Shown: piece after piece, positions 36,307 through 48,000 of the stretch
Position numbering within the stretch: position 1 is the first letter of the stretch
Layout: each line of letters begins with the position of its first letter
Assembly (NCBI GenBank): GCA_032718475.1
Contig: JAUCBJ010007494.1
Coordinates: forward strand, 18,243-82,242
Source of the DNA: Nemertoderma westbladi
Lineage: Eukaryota > Animalia > Xenacoelomorpha
Direction of reading: 5' to 3'
Length of the DNA: 64,000 bases
Position numbers and translations under genes: made by a program
Notes under the pieces: model-generated
Told to the model about the DNA's origin: nothing
Seen by the model: the letters and a program-made list of their open reading frames with translations, nothing else
Databases searched by the model: none

Positions 36307-37025
36307 TTATATTTTTACGCCTCTGTTTGAATATCGCCAGTTATTGGGTTTCTGGAACGGTTCCTGTGCCAAAGCGAGGGAGCGAAGAGGAGTCCTAAAT
36401 GAACCGGAATCAGGGGCTGTCATACCAACCCGGATATATTCCGAGCGATCAGTCGCCCTGACTACGGGGGTCGGGGAGACACGGGGGAAGCGGGAGTGGG
36501 GTCGAATGATTCCGAGGTGGCGGCCCGGAATACAGGAGGGATATCAAGCGATATCCCCGCGGTAGTATCCGGGGTTACAGACGAGTCTCTGTTGAAACTC
36601 CTCCGGTAAACCGACGTGTAGGGCCGGGTACCTCGCCCAGCTGTGTCACTCACCCACTCGATGTGGTTCGCAGACAGATGCTGCCGCTTATCTCCGTAGG
36701 ATTTAAAGTTCCCGCCGAAATAAACCCCGTAGTCGCGCGCCTGATGTCGGTTGTCGTGGAAAGAAAAAGGGTTTCCAGTTTTATATTTTTGCTTCGATTT
36801 TTTTAGGAAATCCGGCGGTATTCTGTAGGTAGAAGCGTCGCGTCTTTGCGAAAGTTCTAGAACATTATTGTTGCCAGTGTGTCGGTAGATATCTGTCATC
36901 ATTTCATCATGTCATCATGCAGTCATGTTCTCTCGGATTGCCAATGGTGGCGCCTCGTTTCTATTGTAATACCACGTGTGGTCTATTGGTAACCATGGCG
37001 ACCAAGGTTGGCTAGCTTTCGGCAT
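36307..37025 (-). pseudogene. TEX36: Intronless TEX36-like (HDNR-motif) gene, disrupted
   Basis: PFSFHDNRH..GVYF..DKRQHLSAN..W resembles TEX36 as I recall it (PFSVHDNRH..DKRQHVSRN..W). The in-frame upstream start MPK at 37025 is followed by two TGA codons. The C-terminus RFPR..TPLRSLALAQEPFQKPNNWRYS lies in another frame, with its stop at 36307. Confidence 0.75.
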
Positions 37026-38656
37026 ACTCAGAGAAAATAGTTCGTCGAATTAATAATGAAGAAACATTTTATTTCATTCTACGTCTAACACTAGCAAATT
37101 TATATAAAGTAACTCAATATTCCCACTCGAGGTAGAGCCGTACTTTATAAATAAAAATATACAACATAAAAATACCGGTTAAAACAATAATTTTGATAAA
37201 ATTTGAAAATAATAAATAAATAAACAAATCGACAAACATGCTAATATTAATGCAACCAACCCGAGAATAAGTCGGCCGTTAATTAGATTGGCATTAACGG
37301 TGTATTGATTACCCCTCCGTGTTGCCAAGCAATAATTCTCTCAAGGTAATAGATGTTGCCATTCGCTACTCCATTGCGGTACATTATTTCATTGGAGTTG
37401 CATTTAATGTAGGATAAACAACCATATTATACATTTTTGTTTTGAGACGTTGGCGCTAATTTACACCGGGGGAGGGGGGGGGGGGGTTATAAAGCACACG
37501 CTACCCAATAGCGACACGTATTTTAGTGACACGTATTTTAGTGACACAAATTTTAGTGACACGTATTGAAATTTATATTACTCTACGTCCTACGATACGT
37601 GAATTATATCAAATTTTGTCAACTACACGGAAAAACCAATAAGGACATAAAATCAGGTTAATTTAGTAAAACTTTTTATTATCATATTTGCACTACTTGT
37701 TTTTTTCGTGTCCCAGGGGGCACATTCAAAATGACCAGAAATTTCAGCATCCAAAAAAACGCTACATACTACAAATAAATTTATTCTAGCGTGTCATAAA
37801 TTATGACAATTTTAGCACGAAAAATCATTTTTTATGGGTGCCAGTAAGGGACCCCAGCATGAAAACTAACTCAGCCATAAATTATTGATATATTTGAAAC
37901 AGAGACAGTTTCACCTCCATTCTCCTTGGCTGAGCCAGAATTGGCTGAGAATGGGCAACCGGGCTGGTGGAGGCCACAATAATTATAAAATTATTAGCCA
38001 AAATAATATAATTATAAACCGCAACTATTAAAAACTGTGAAATTAATATGTTTTGTTATTAAATTATATTATTATGTAACAGGTTAAAGAATATATGTGC
38101 CCGTCCCAGAGCCCTTACATTACGTGTCCCAAAATAATACAGATTACATAACAACTGTGCCATTTAAGCACTTCGGCTACTTTTAAAATCTGTATTACTG
38201 ATATACTAAGTGTAATTTACTTTAATTAATTATTTTCCCTTACCTATAATTACACTTTTATTTCATTTTAGATAATTCTACCTTCCTGGCTGAATTAAAT
38301 AAAATAATAATAATTATTATTTATTATTGCTAAATCCACAAATAAAAACGGTTTCTATGGAGAACAGATTAACCTTGGAAGCGCAAGGTTACAACGTTCA
38401 AACAACGGAAGTAGAAATGGAAGGACGGACAATACTAAGGTGTATGCCAAAGCTAACAGATGTAGTGGCTCGACCCAAAAGTCATAACATTCATAGGTAA
38501 ATGTATCAACAAAGATTTCAGCATTAGATTAAAACGAAGCATTAAATATTATTGTCATAATATATTTCGCGAATATAAATTAATTTCCTTAACTTAGAGA
38601 CAAAATTATTTAATTACTTAAAATATTTAATATTTTGTGACAAACAAGAGTTTCTG

Positions 38657-39880
38657 TGTAAAAGCTTTTGTGGGATAACTGATTCGTTTGCCTTGTTGGC
38701 CAGTTCCCCCCCAGTCGCTAAGAATACTCTCAAAGTGATCTATAGTTAAAATAGTGTAAGCTACCAGCTTATTGGCTGATTTGTGGGATGCAGGTATCTG
38801 GGCTCTGTTAATCGTCCAACTAGCCTAAGAGGGTTGCGTCATAGCCTGTTTTTGTATCTTCCAATAGAAATTTGAGTTATCCTGGATTTTAACCAATCCT
38901 GAGCTACTGAACTGAAAATTCCTATCTCACTGCTCATCCTCTGTGTTGAACGGGAGCTTTGGGGAATAAGTGTAGTTGGTATTCTCGTAGTCACGAGTTT
39001 TTTAAAGCCACGAAAGAACGGCTTATAGTGTTTTGTGCTTTTCTGCTTTTTAGTTTAACACTAGCAGGTTTAATTATAAGGACATATATCCTTTAACTGG
39101 CAAAACAAACTGCATATCATATCAAACTGCGGACTGCATACCTAACGCACGGCATACTACTGACTGCTGAAACATTGCAAACTCATAACAATCAGTGTTC
39201 AGTTGTTGTTTTATACTGCTATTTACTGTCGGTTATTCATTATATTTGTGGATGAATTATTATATTTGGAATAACGAGAAACAACCCCGAAACCCAATAT
39301 TCTTGATATACCGAAGGTAAGAGAGAAAGGTTACAGATAAACGATTGTGACTTATGTTAAAGTGGTTTGAAGTGAATTTAATGTTATTTGATAGACCCTA
39401 CATGAGTCAGCCTGTGTTCCTTTTATATGTGACTAAAATCAGTGAAGATCGGCAGATTAGTGTGCAGTATTGTGCAGCATTGTGTATGCGTGAGTCTGTT
39501 AAAGAAGCATTTCCTAAAGAATGCGCCATATATGTTAATTATAACTAAACCATATCGTTGTGAGTAGTTTAAGTCATAACTCTGTTTATATAGATAGAGC
39601 GCCACGTCCTAAAGGAACTGTTAATATTCCCGAAGGTAAATAATATTGTCAGAGATTATATAATACTGTCAGTCGAATAATACATTAGGCTTACATAGCA
39701 ATAAAATTAAACCGTCGAACCCAATCTCCCGGGAATATCCAGCGGGTGAATGGTCGCGCACGGATTGGTTTCGACTAGTGTAGTGAATCAAATATTTGTC
39801 GTAGGCAGAAAAGCGATTTAATATCTAGAAGACATCATAATTTGGTGGGTTAAACTGCCAAAGGTCTGAAAGCGCGAACA
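38657..39880 (+). repeat. 5' LTR of copy C
   Basis: TGT...ACA ends; CCAAT boxes in U3; donor-like AG/GTAAGA at 39317; AATAAA at 39700. Confidence 0.98.
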
Positions 39881-39892
39881 TTAAAGGATATA
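39881..39892 (+). promoter_or_regulatory. Non-canonical primer-binding position (TTAAAGGATATA), complementary to an LTR-internal 12-mer
   Basis: No TGG after the LTR; exact reverse complement of TATATCCTTTAA at 39085-39096; same pair in B (7976-7987 and 7189-7200). Confidence 0.6.
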
Positions 39893-40182
39893 GCTTCTTT
39901 ATTGCAGTAAGCAATAAAGTTGAAAGTACCGGTCAACCGGTAAACCTGAACGGTACATTGTAGGTCTGTAGGCCTAACTGTCATAACCGGTACCGGTACT
40001 GCTGTATAAGTACATTTAGTATTATTCGATTTTGATTGTTGTATACCTGTAGGTCTTAGTACTTAATCAGGGAACGGCCGCCCTGGTTTTTTATTGAGAT
40101 TTTACTTATTTCTGTCAAGTTTTATTTGTTTGTAGGCCAGTATTGAACAGAAGACGTGTAAGCCTGATCAGATTGTGCAGAC

Positions 40183-40745
40183 AATTTGTAGGCTGAGCTG
40201 TTGTCTGATTGCTGTTAGGTCTGAACGGATTGCAGTGTGTGTAGAGCAACTGTCCGGTTAAGTACGGTTAGGAAGTAGGGGCAGCGAATGCGGTAAGGTA
40301 AACCCCCAGCTAAAGAATAAGTCGTACTACTGGGTTAGAACGCATACTACCTAATCATTCCGGAGTCTGCATGTCCTGTAGTTTATTTAGGCTTGAGAGT
40401 AGTCTACCATCGTTTAGTCTGTACTTTGTTTGTGTAAGTCTGTACGGGTAGCGTATAATTTTATTTAGATAATTTGTAGGCTGGATAATTGTCTGGCTGT
40501 TATCGGGTCTGAACGGATTGTAGTGTGTGTAGAGCACCTGTCCGATTGAGTACGGTTAGGAAGTAGGGGCAGCGAACGCTGTAAGGTAAACCCCCAGCTA
40601 AAGAATAAGTCGTACTACTGGGTTAGAACGCATACTGCCTAATCATTTCGGAGTCTGCATATACCGTAGTTTGTTTAGGCTTGATAGTAGTCTGTCGGTA
40701 TTTGGTCTGCATTTTGTTTGAGTAGTTTGTACGCGTAGCGTAATA
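40183..40745 (+). repeat. 288-bp tandem duplication in the 2.2-kb 5' leader (also about 8240-8810 in B)
   Basis: CTAAAGAATAAGTCGTACTACTGGG occurs at 40310 and 40598. Confidence 0.9.
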
Positions 40746-42078
40746 TTTATTATTCAGAGTTTATGCGATTATTCGCAACCTTCACATTCCCCAACTTTGT
40801 TCCTACAGTAATTGTGTTTGTTATACATACCGCTATAGTTAAATTAACCCCGGTACTACACGGGCTGCTCGGCGTAGGTAAAGACTGGTGATTTTGTGCA
40901 TCGGTCACTCCAGCAGATGCCGTGGTTCTTTTAGCTGTTCAAGTATATTTAACTACTGATTATCTGTTATACAAGTACTCGTACCTAATTTAGGGTTTAG
41001 TGTACAGTAGGCCTACTTTCCGAAGTAATTAGTGTAGGCATTATATTTGTGTTGTAAAGTGGTTGATAGGCACCTTCGATTAGCTCTATTAACTTCTAGG
41101 TAGGAACACTCCGTGATACATAACGTAGAACCTATAGCGATACGGCCATAGGTCGTCAGGCGGTGGTATTTTCCTATCTGGACAACGCAGTGTATTTACT
41201 ACTACTTATTATTTTCAAATACTGTAGTACCCTGTCTGTTGTAATAACCAGATTTCTAACCCTTTGTTAGGCTGGTTTGTAGACTTCTTGTAAAATTACC
41301 CTAAAAATTCGTATTTTGTGTTTTTTGTAAATTTTTGCATTTATTTAGAGATTGTAATCTCACCCGAATTGTACGTAATTTGTAGTATTAAGTAACTTAG
41401 GTAAATTAGTATTATTTGTTTTAGTGTCCTGTACGTAACACTTCACTGAAAGCGTACCGCTTTGTGTAGTGATTACCCCAGAAATAATAACATTTGTTTC
41501 AAAGATTGACAAAACCCATTAAAACGGGTATATATATATTATAAATCAAATCTAACGATTTATAAATAGTAGGCCTACCATATAACAATTAGGTCTCAAT
41601 ATCAGTTGGATTACTGCTCAAATAACGGTAATAAAGTAAGTAAAGTAACAAAGTAACCCTAAAGTAACAGAAATTCAATTATTTGAAATAATTGATATAC
41701 CGGTATTTACGATAGGCCTATTATCTTTATTTCTATAAATCTAGGCTGAAATTATACCGGTACTTGTAATTAATTCTATTTCAGAATTATATATCCTACA
41801 AACTGTAAGCTGTATACCGGTATTCCGATAGGCCTATTATATATTTATATATATTTGTGCTAAAATTATACCGGTATTCTGTGATAAACCTAGTCTGTAA
41901 TAATACTTATATAGTTATATATACTATAAGTATACCGGTATTCTAATATATTATATATATATAACGCTACACTGAGTAGCAGTACCGGTAATTAATTACT
42001 AGGCTAGCAGTTAATACTGAGTTACTAGACTTACTCAGACTGTAATACAGCAGTAGACATTCAACGGTATACATAGTC

Positions 42079-45000
42079 ATGTCTGATACTAAGCAGAACC
42101 TGTCAGACAGTATATTAGATGTAACTATCTGCGACTCAGATAGAGACGTACAACAGTCTGGTCGTAAATTCAGTTCACCTCCCACTGTGAGGAAGGTCAT
42201 CCCTCCAGTAGTAATAACAGAACCTAGGCTAGTCCAACATCGTAGGTCTATCATAGGCACCCGAGCTCAGGTCAAGCGGGACCAACAAGCAGCGGAACAG
42301 CAACAACCCGCTAGTCAAGAACTTATTCCTCAGCGGCCCAGCAGCTCCAGTAGTGAGGATACTGTAGAGCTGACACCCGAGCGCGGAGCAGAGATGACGG
42401 ATGCGGTTTATACGGATCCCCTTCTCATCCTTCCTGCAGCCGTACTCACCAGGTTATTGATCGCGGTGGAAGAACACCAGATCGATTGGGCGAGAAGTCA
42501 ACGACCAACTAGAGATAGTTATGCGGGATACACGAGTGAAGAACTGAAGTCTATTGTCGAGTCGCAATGGAACTTCCCCGGACCCGGACTCCCGTTTGAT
42601 TTATCAGAAGCTGCCTGGGAAGACATACACCGGATGGGAGTAGCCAAGGAAACCATCGATCCAGCTGTATGGAAGAGGTCCGCAGCCGGATACGCACAAG
42701 GATTCTTCAGCTCTATGGAGCGAGTAGAAAAACAACTGTTTCAACAACCTCAAGGACCTCAAGAGCAGGGATCGCTGCTTTATCAAGTTAGAGAAAGAGT
42801 TCTGCGGATTAGGCTAATCTTATCCGCCTTTGAGGAGGCTTCTAAAAGAAGGCAAGACACGTCGTTGCAAGTTGCCGTAAAGACTTGGTTTCAACGGGTG
42901 AGTCGCCAGGTTCAAGGAGCAGCTCAGTGGAAAGCTCAGTTGGAGGAGCGCTCAACCCATGGAGAATCAACAGACGCTACTTTTTCCCAAGTGGAAAGTG
43001 AAGCGACGGCAGAGAAACCGCATAAGAGGGATGCCATTGACATCTATCTGTCAGACTATCAGCGTTTCGTAGGTGATGAAGAGTTGCGGAGAAGACTAGA
43101 TGGGCTTAGCCCTAATAGTGAAGGAGCCCAGCGTGTGTTGGATGCAATTGATGTGGATAGGTTAGCGGCGAACCAAGCTAAATTCGATGAACAACTCCGC
43201 ATCGCTAGAGACCAAGAAGAACAAGTAAAGAAAAAACGTATAGAAGATAGAAAGGCAGCGGCAGTGGCAGCAGCAGTGGCAGAGGCAGAAGCGGAAAGAA
43301 AGGCAGCAGCAGCAGTGGCAGAGGCAGAAGCGGAAAAAAAGGCAGCAGTGGCAGTGGCAGAGGCCGAAGCGGAAAGGAAAGCGGCAGCAGCAGTGGCAGC
43401 GGCAGAAGCCGAAAGAAAAACAGCAGAGGCAGTGGCAGAAGCAGAACGGATGGCATATGAAGAGGCAACCCAACTAGAGTTGGAAAATCTTCAAGAGAGG
43501 CAAGACAACTTCAATAAACAGTTAACAGCTAGTAATATGCAGATGATGAGTCGATCTACTCCCAAAAGACAGGGGTATACATCATCTGAGGAAGGCGATA
43601 CCACCGACACTGAAGGCGGAGGAAATCGACCTCGCCTAAGCAGACGTAAAAGAACATTCCACCGTCAGAAATTACCTGATTTGCCTCCAGCTGTTAGAAG
43701 GCAACTAAATAACAACAACTTAGGTAGTACAGAGCCCACAGACCAAATAATTACGATAGAAAGACTCCCTACTATAGTAGATGAGCCTGAAATAATTAGG
43801 CCTGTTCTTGAAATCACCCCTTCGGTGATAGACACACCTGTGCTCCCTGAAGCTACTTATAAATTCCCTCTACATAGCACTAAGCTACCTGTGCCCAGTA
43901 GAACTGCCCAGGAGACAGTTCAGGTCCTGGACCCCGAGCGAAATATTCCAACTTTGTCGCCCGTTGTCCCTCGTCTGCCCGCTACGACGTTGGCGGATCC
44001 CGTTTCGGCGGTTGATTGGGTAGACGAGAGACGGCGGGGGATGGATATTCTCCTCGGAGAGATGAAGGAGAATCGGAGACTCTCCTCCCAACAGGTCCGA
44101 GAGTTGGAAGGGACGGTCCAACATTTAAAGGGAACAGTGAGGGAAAGTAGGTTAGAGCTGCAAGAAGTGCAGCAAAGTATCGCGCTTGAACGCGATAAAT
44201 TAGTAAACACCCAAAAGGGTATACCACCACCCTCTGTAACAATGTGTCAACCTGTTAGGTCTGAAGTATCGCATGCGCAAGGTGTGGAGCCTACACGCAT
44301 TTATACTGCTAGCGAAGTAGAAACTCCTATAGTGAACCCTATTAAGGGTAATTATAGACCTGTTGATAATGATATTCCATATAGAACTGACCATAATCCT
44401 AGAAATTTATATACCGATAACTCGATATTAAATAGCACGATGGCCCAAGAAAGTTTTACGCGTCAAATGGCTAGAACCGAAGCCCGGCAAGCGGTAAAGG
44501 TTGGAGAGATCGTCAAGTTCAATGGAGATGAGATGAAATGGTTACCTTTTAATGAATATTACAAAGATAGCATACAGAACTCTGTACTATCTAATGGAGA
44601 AAAACTTAGATACCTCATAGAGTGCTTGGAAGGATCTCCCAAGTTAATGGCGTTAAAGTTTATTGGACATCCAGACGGATTAAGACAGGTTTGGGATACA
44701 ATAAACATCAGGTATGGTAATAGGAATAATATCGCTGGGTACTTGTATGCAAAGTTAGTAGCGCCCCGAAAGTTTATTAGTAGCGAAATTATCGAGTTTT
44801 CCGATGAGATCCAGGAGATCTGCAGACAATTAGATTGGCTAGGTAAGTCTCATGAGTATCAGAACACTATGGTTATTAGAGCAGTGGCTTCTACTTTACC
44901 TAAAGGTGGAGTAGGTACACGCTGGGATAAGAAAGTGTTATATATGATGGAACAACAACGGCGAGACCCTACCATGGCTGATCTCATGTCATTCCTAGAT

Positions 45001-48000
45001 GGAGAAGTGAAATTACAGCTCCTGAAACTGTCTAGGGAGAAAACACCGGAAAACAAGGTAAGTGAAAAACCCGTCTCTAGGAGAAAAATAACACCAGTAT
45101 GTTATACCGATGACGGCGAAAGCCAGACTTCTCAAGGAGAAGATAGCGGGAAGGACACGGATAGATCTTATTACGTGAATAAAATGCCTAAAGATCAGGT
45201 AAGTAAATTCAAGTCTCGAACAAATGACAGGAGAGAACAAGTAAGAAAAACTCCTCCCATGTCTCCCAAGAGAATTCAGGTGAGAAAGCCCGAAGAAAAG
45301 GCAAGTGTACACAATGTGACTCAGAATAAGGTAAGTAACATTAAACCAAAATGTGCGCTGTGTGACGGGACCCACTATTTGAATAGGTGTGATGAATTTC
45401 TAAAGAAATCATTAACGGAGAGACGCGAAGTTATGTGGGATAAGCGGTTATGTTATAATTGCCTCAGACAAGGACACCAACGGCGTACCTGTTTCTCGGA
45501 CATAAGATGTGCAAAGTGTGGTGCGAAACATCATATCTTGTTGCACGCTGAATTCGATCGAAATAGTCCGAATCAGGTAAGTGATTCCGAGCTACATGTC
45601 CAATTCAGTGATGTGAACGACACTGATCAATCTGAGATGGAAGGATTCTACACAGACGAGTTCTCCGACGAAAACGAATCCTGTTACATGATAAATACCG
45701 CAGTGTATCGAGCGCTCACCTATGAAAAGGATACAGACAACGACTTCAACCTAACTACTTCTGAGCGACAACAATCTTGGAAAGAGCCATCTTCCAATGT
45801 AGGGATCCGAGAGTTTCCTGTGGTGCAAGTGAGGGTTCATGGACCTAAGAGGAGTTATGTAGTGAACGCCCTCCTTGACTCCGGTAGTACAGGAACATTC
45901 ATCGACAAAGAGCTAGCCGAAGATATATTTGCTGGACAACTCAAGTTCCAAACTAAGCTCAACATGTCTGGCATAATGCAAGTTTGGAAATCTACAATCA
46001 CAGCGGATTATTATGTAGGAGCATTGTCCACCCCCCAGGACGAACTAGGAGAACATAGCATAAGGTCAGTGAAAATGGTGGCTATAAAGAACTTCGCTAC
46101 TACTCAAGCAGACCTTTATAATTGGGACGAGGATGAGAGCATCCAACATCTTAACATACCTCGATTCCAGACTGATTATCCTGGAGTGCAAATACTCATC
46201 GGCCAAAACGCGCATGAGGCGCTGGAGACATTAGAGAAACGGCCTGCTCAACCGCAGCCCCTACAGACCTATGCGGTAAGAACTAGAGTAGGTTGGTACT
46301 TTACTGGCCCTTCCCGTAGAACACTCAGAGAAAGACTACCGCCAGAGAGCGTATGCCAGGTGAGTGAATGGGAAGATGATACCAGTGAGGGAGACAACTC
46401 AACTGAGGGAATTCCATATTCCTCAGATAATGACGACGTTCACCAGCTTTTTGATGAGGAGAATACCATCGATCTCCTTAAGGAAAACGACGCTTGGCAA
46501 AACCAAGTGAACTTATGTCAACTTCTCTATCCATCTGAACGAGAAGCTTATAACGACGAGTTACATGACGTCATTGAGCGTCATAATGCCAAGATTCGGG
46601 ATGAACATGCTGTACGATTCTTTACGCAAGAGGCAGTAGAGCCCAATTCCTATGATAAGGCCTTATCAGTGGAAGAGGAAAGGGCCAAGCAGATCCAAGA
46701 GACTACCACACGTTTCATCAAAGATCAAGGTAGGTATGAAGTCGGTTTACCTTTTCGTAAGAAAGAGCCGAAGTTCATCAATAACAGACCTTTGGCGGAA
46801 AAAAGAATCGCGCAACTCCATCGACGCCTTACGGCTAATTCTTCAGCGAAAACAATGTATCAAACACAGCTGGAAAAGTTTATTAATAAGGGATACGCGG
46901 AGAGGGTACCGGAAGAAACACCTGTGACTGAAAGAACGTATTATTTAACTCACCATTACGTTCCTAAACCCGGTAAACCCAATGAAGTGAGAGTAGTGTT
47001 TGATGGCTCCGCTCTTTACATGGGTCAATCCCTTAACTCTGAATTGTTACCCGGACCCAACTTACTTCAATCTTTGTTGGGAATTCTTTTAAGATTGAGA
47101 CAATATGCGATTGCTTTCGCCTCAGATATAGAAGGCATGTTCTTGCAAGTCAAAGTGTTGGATAGGGATCGAGATAGCCTACGATTTCTATGGTGGCCCG
47201 AAGGAGACCTCAACCAGAAACCGGTGGAGTATTGGATGACCATCCAGGCCTTTGGGATAATCTCAAGCCCTTCCAATGCCTGTTCTGTAGTGCGTACTAC
47301 TGCAGAGGACAACCGAGAGGCATTCTCTAAGGAAGTGATCGACAACATCAAGAAAGACATATACATGGACGACAATCTGAAGTCCCTTCCATCAGTTGAA
47401 GAAGCCATTGAGGTCGCTAAGGGAACGGTAGAGTGCTTAAAAAGAGGTGGTTTTCGATTAACAAAATTCACCAGCAACTCCCGTGAGTTTCTGGAGTCGA
47501 TTCCTGCGGAAGATCGCGGAGCGAAAGATCTAGATTTGATCAAAGATGATCTGCCAGAAACCAAGACACTCGGCTTGAAATGGGACACAGAGAGAGATAT
47601 CCTGTTTTTCCAACTAAAACAGCGGGACAATCCTGTTCGAACCAAACGGATTTGCTTAAGTATACTGAGCACCTATTTCGATCCATTGGGATTTATTAGC
47701 CCAGTTATATTGATTGCTCGAAGTTTGGTACAACAAATGTGGCTTGAAAACCACTCATGGGATGATCCACTTAAGGGGGAGTTACTGAAGCAGTGGATGA
47801 AATGGGAAGATTCTCTACCAGCGATCGAGGAGTTTATAATTTCCCGTTCATATTTTGGTCATGTTTTCCCTACGTATTCCTATCAACTCCATGTGTTTGG
47901 AGACGCCAGCGATATGGGAATCGGTATAGTAGCCTACCTAAGAGTGGAAACTCCGGATGGAATCAAACTCGCCTTGGTCACTTCTAAAGCATTAATCAAC

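Noticed and set aside
36989-37002. RFX X-box-like GTAACCATGGCGAC
   Set aside because: Falls inside the reconstructed TEX36-like coding region rather than upstream of it.
39725-39760. HDV-like ribozyme (GGGTGAATGG resembles J4/2)
   Set aside because: The catalytic C position is T, and no P1/P2/P3 nested pseudoknot could be built.
39420-39830. Group I intron-like words in the LTR (AAAATCAGTGAA, TCAGAGATTATA, AATCT/AGTCT)
   Set aside because: P3/P7 pairings are inconsistent across the three variants, and the putative P7' is better explained by a covarying local stem. An Infernal search would be needed to reconsider.
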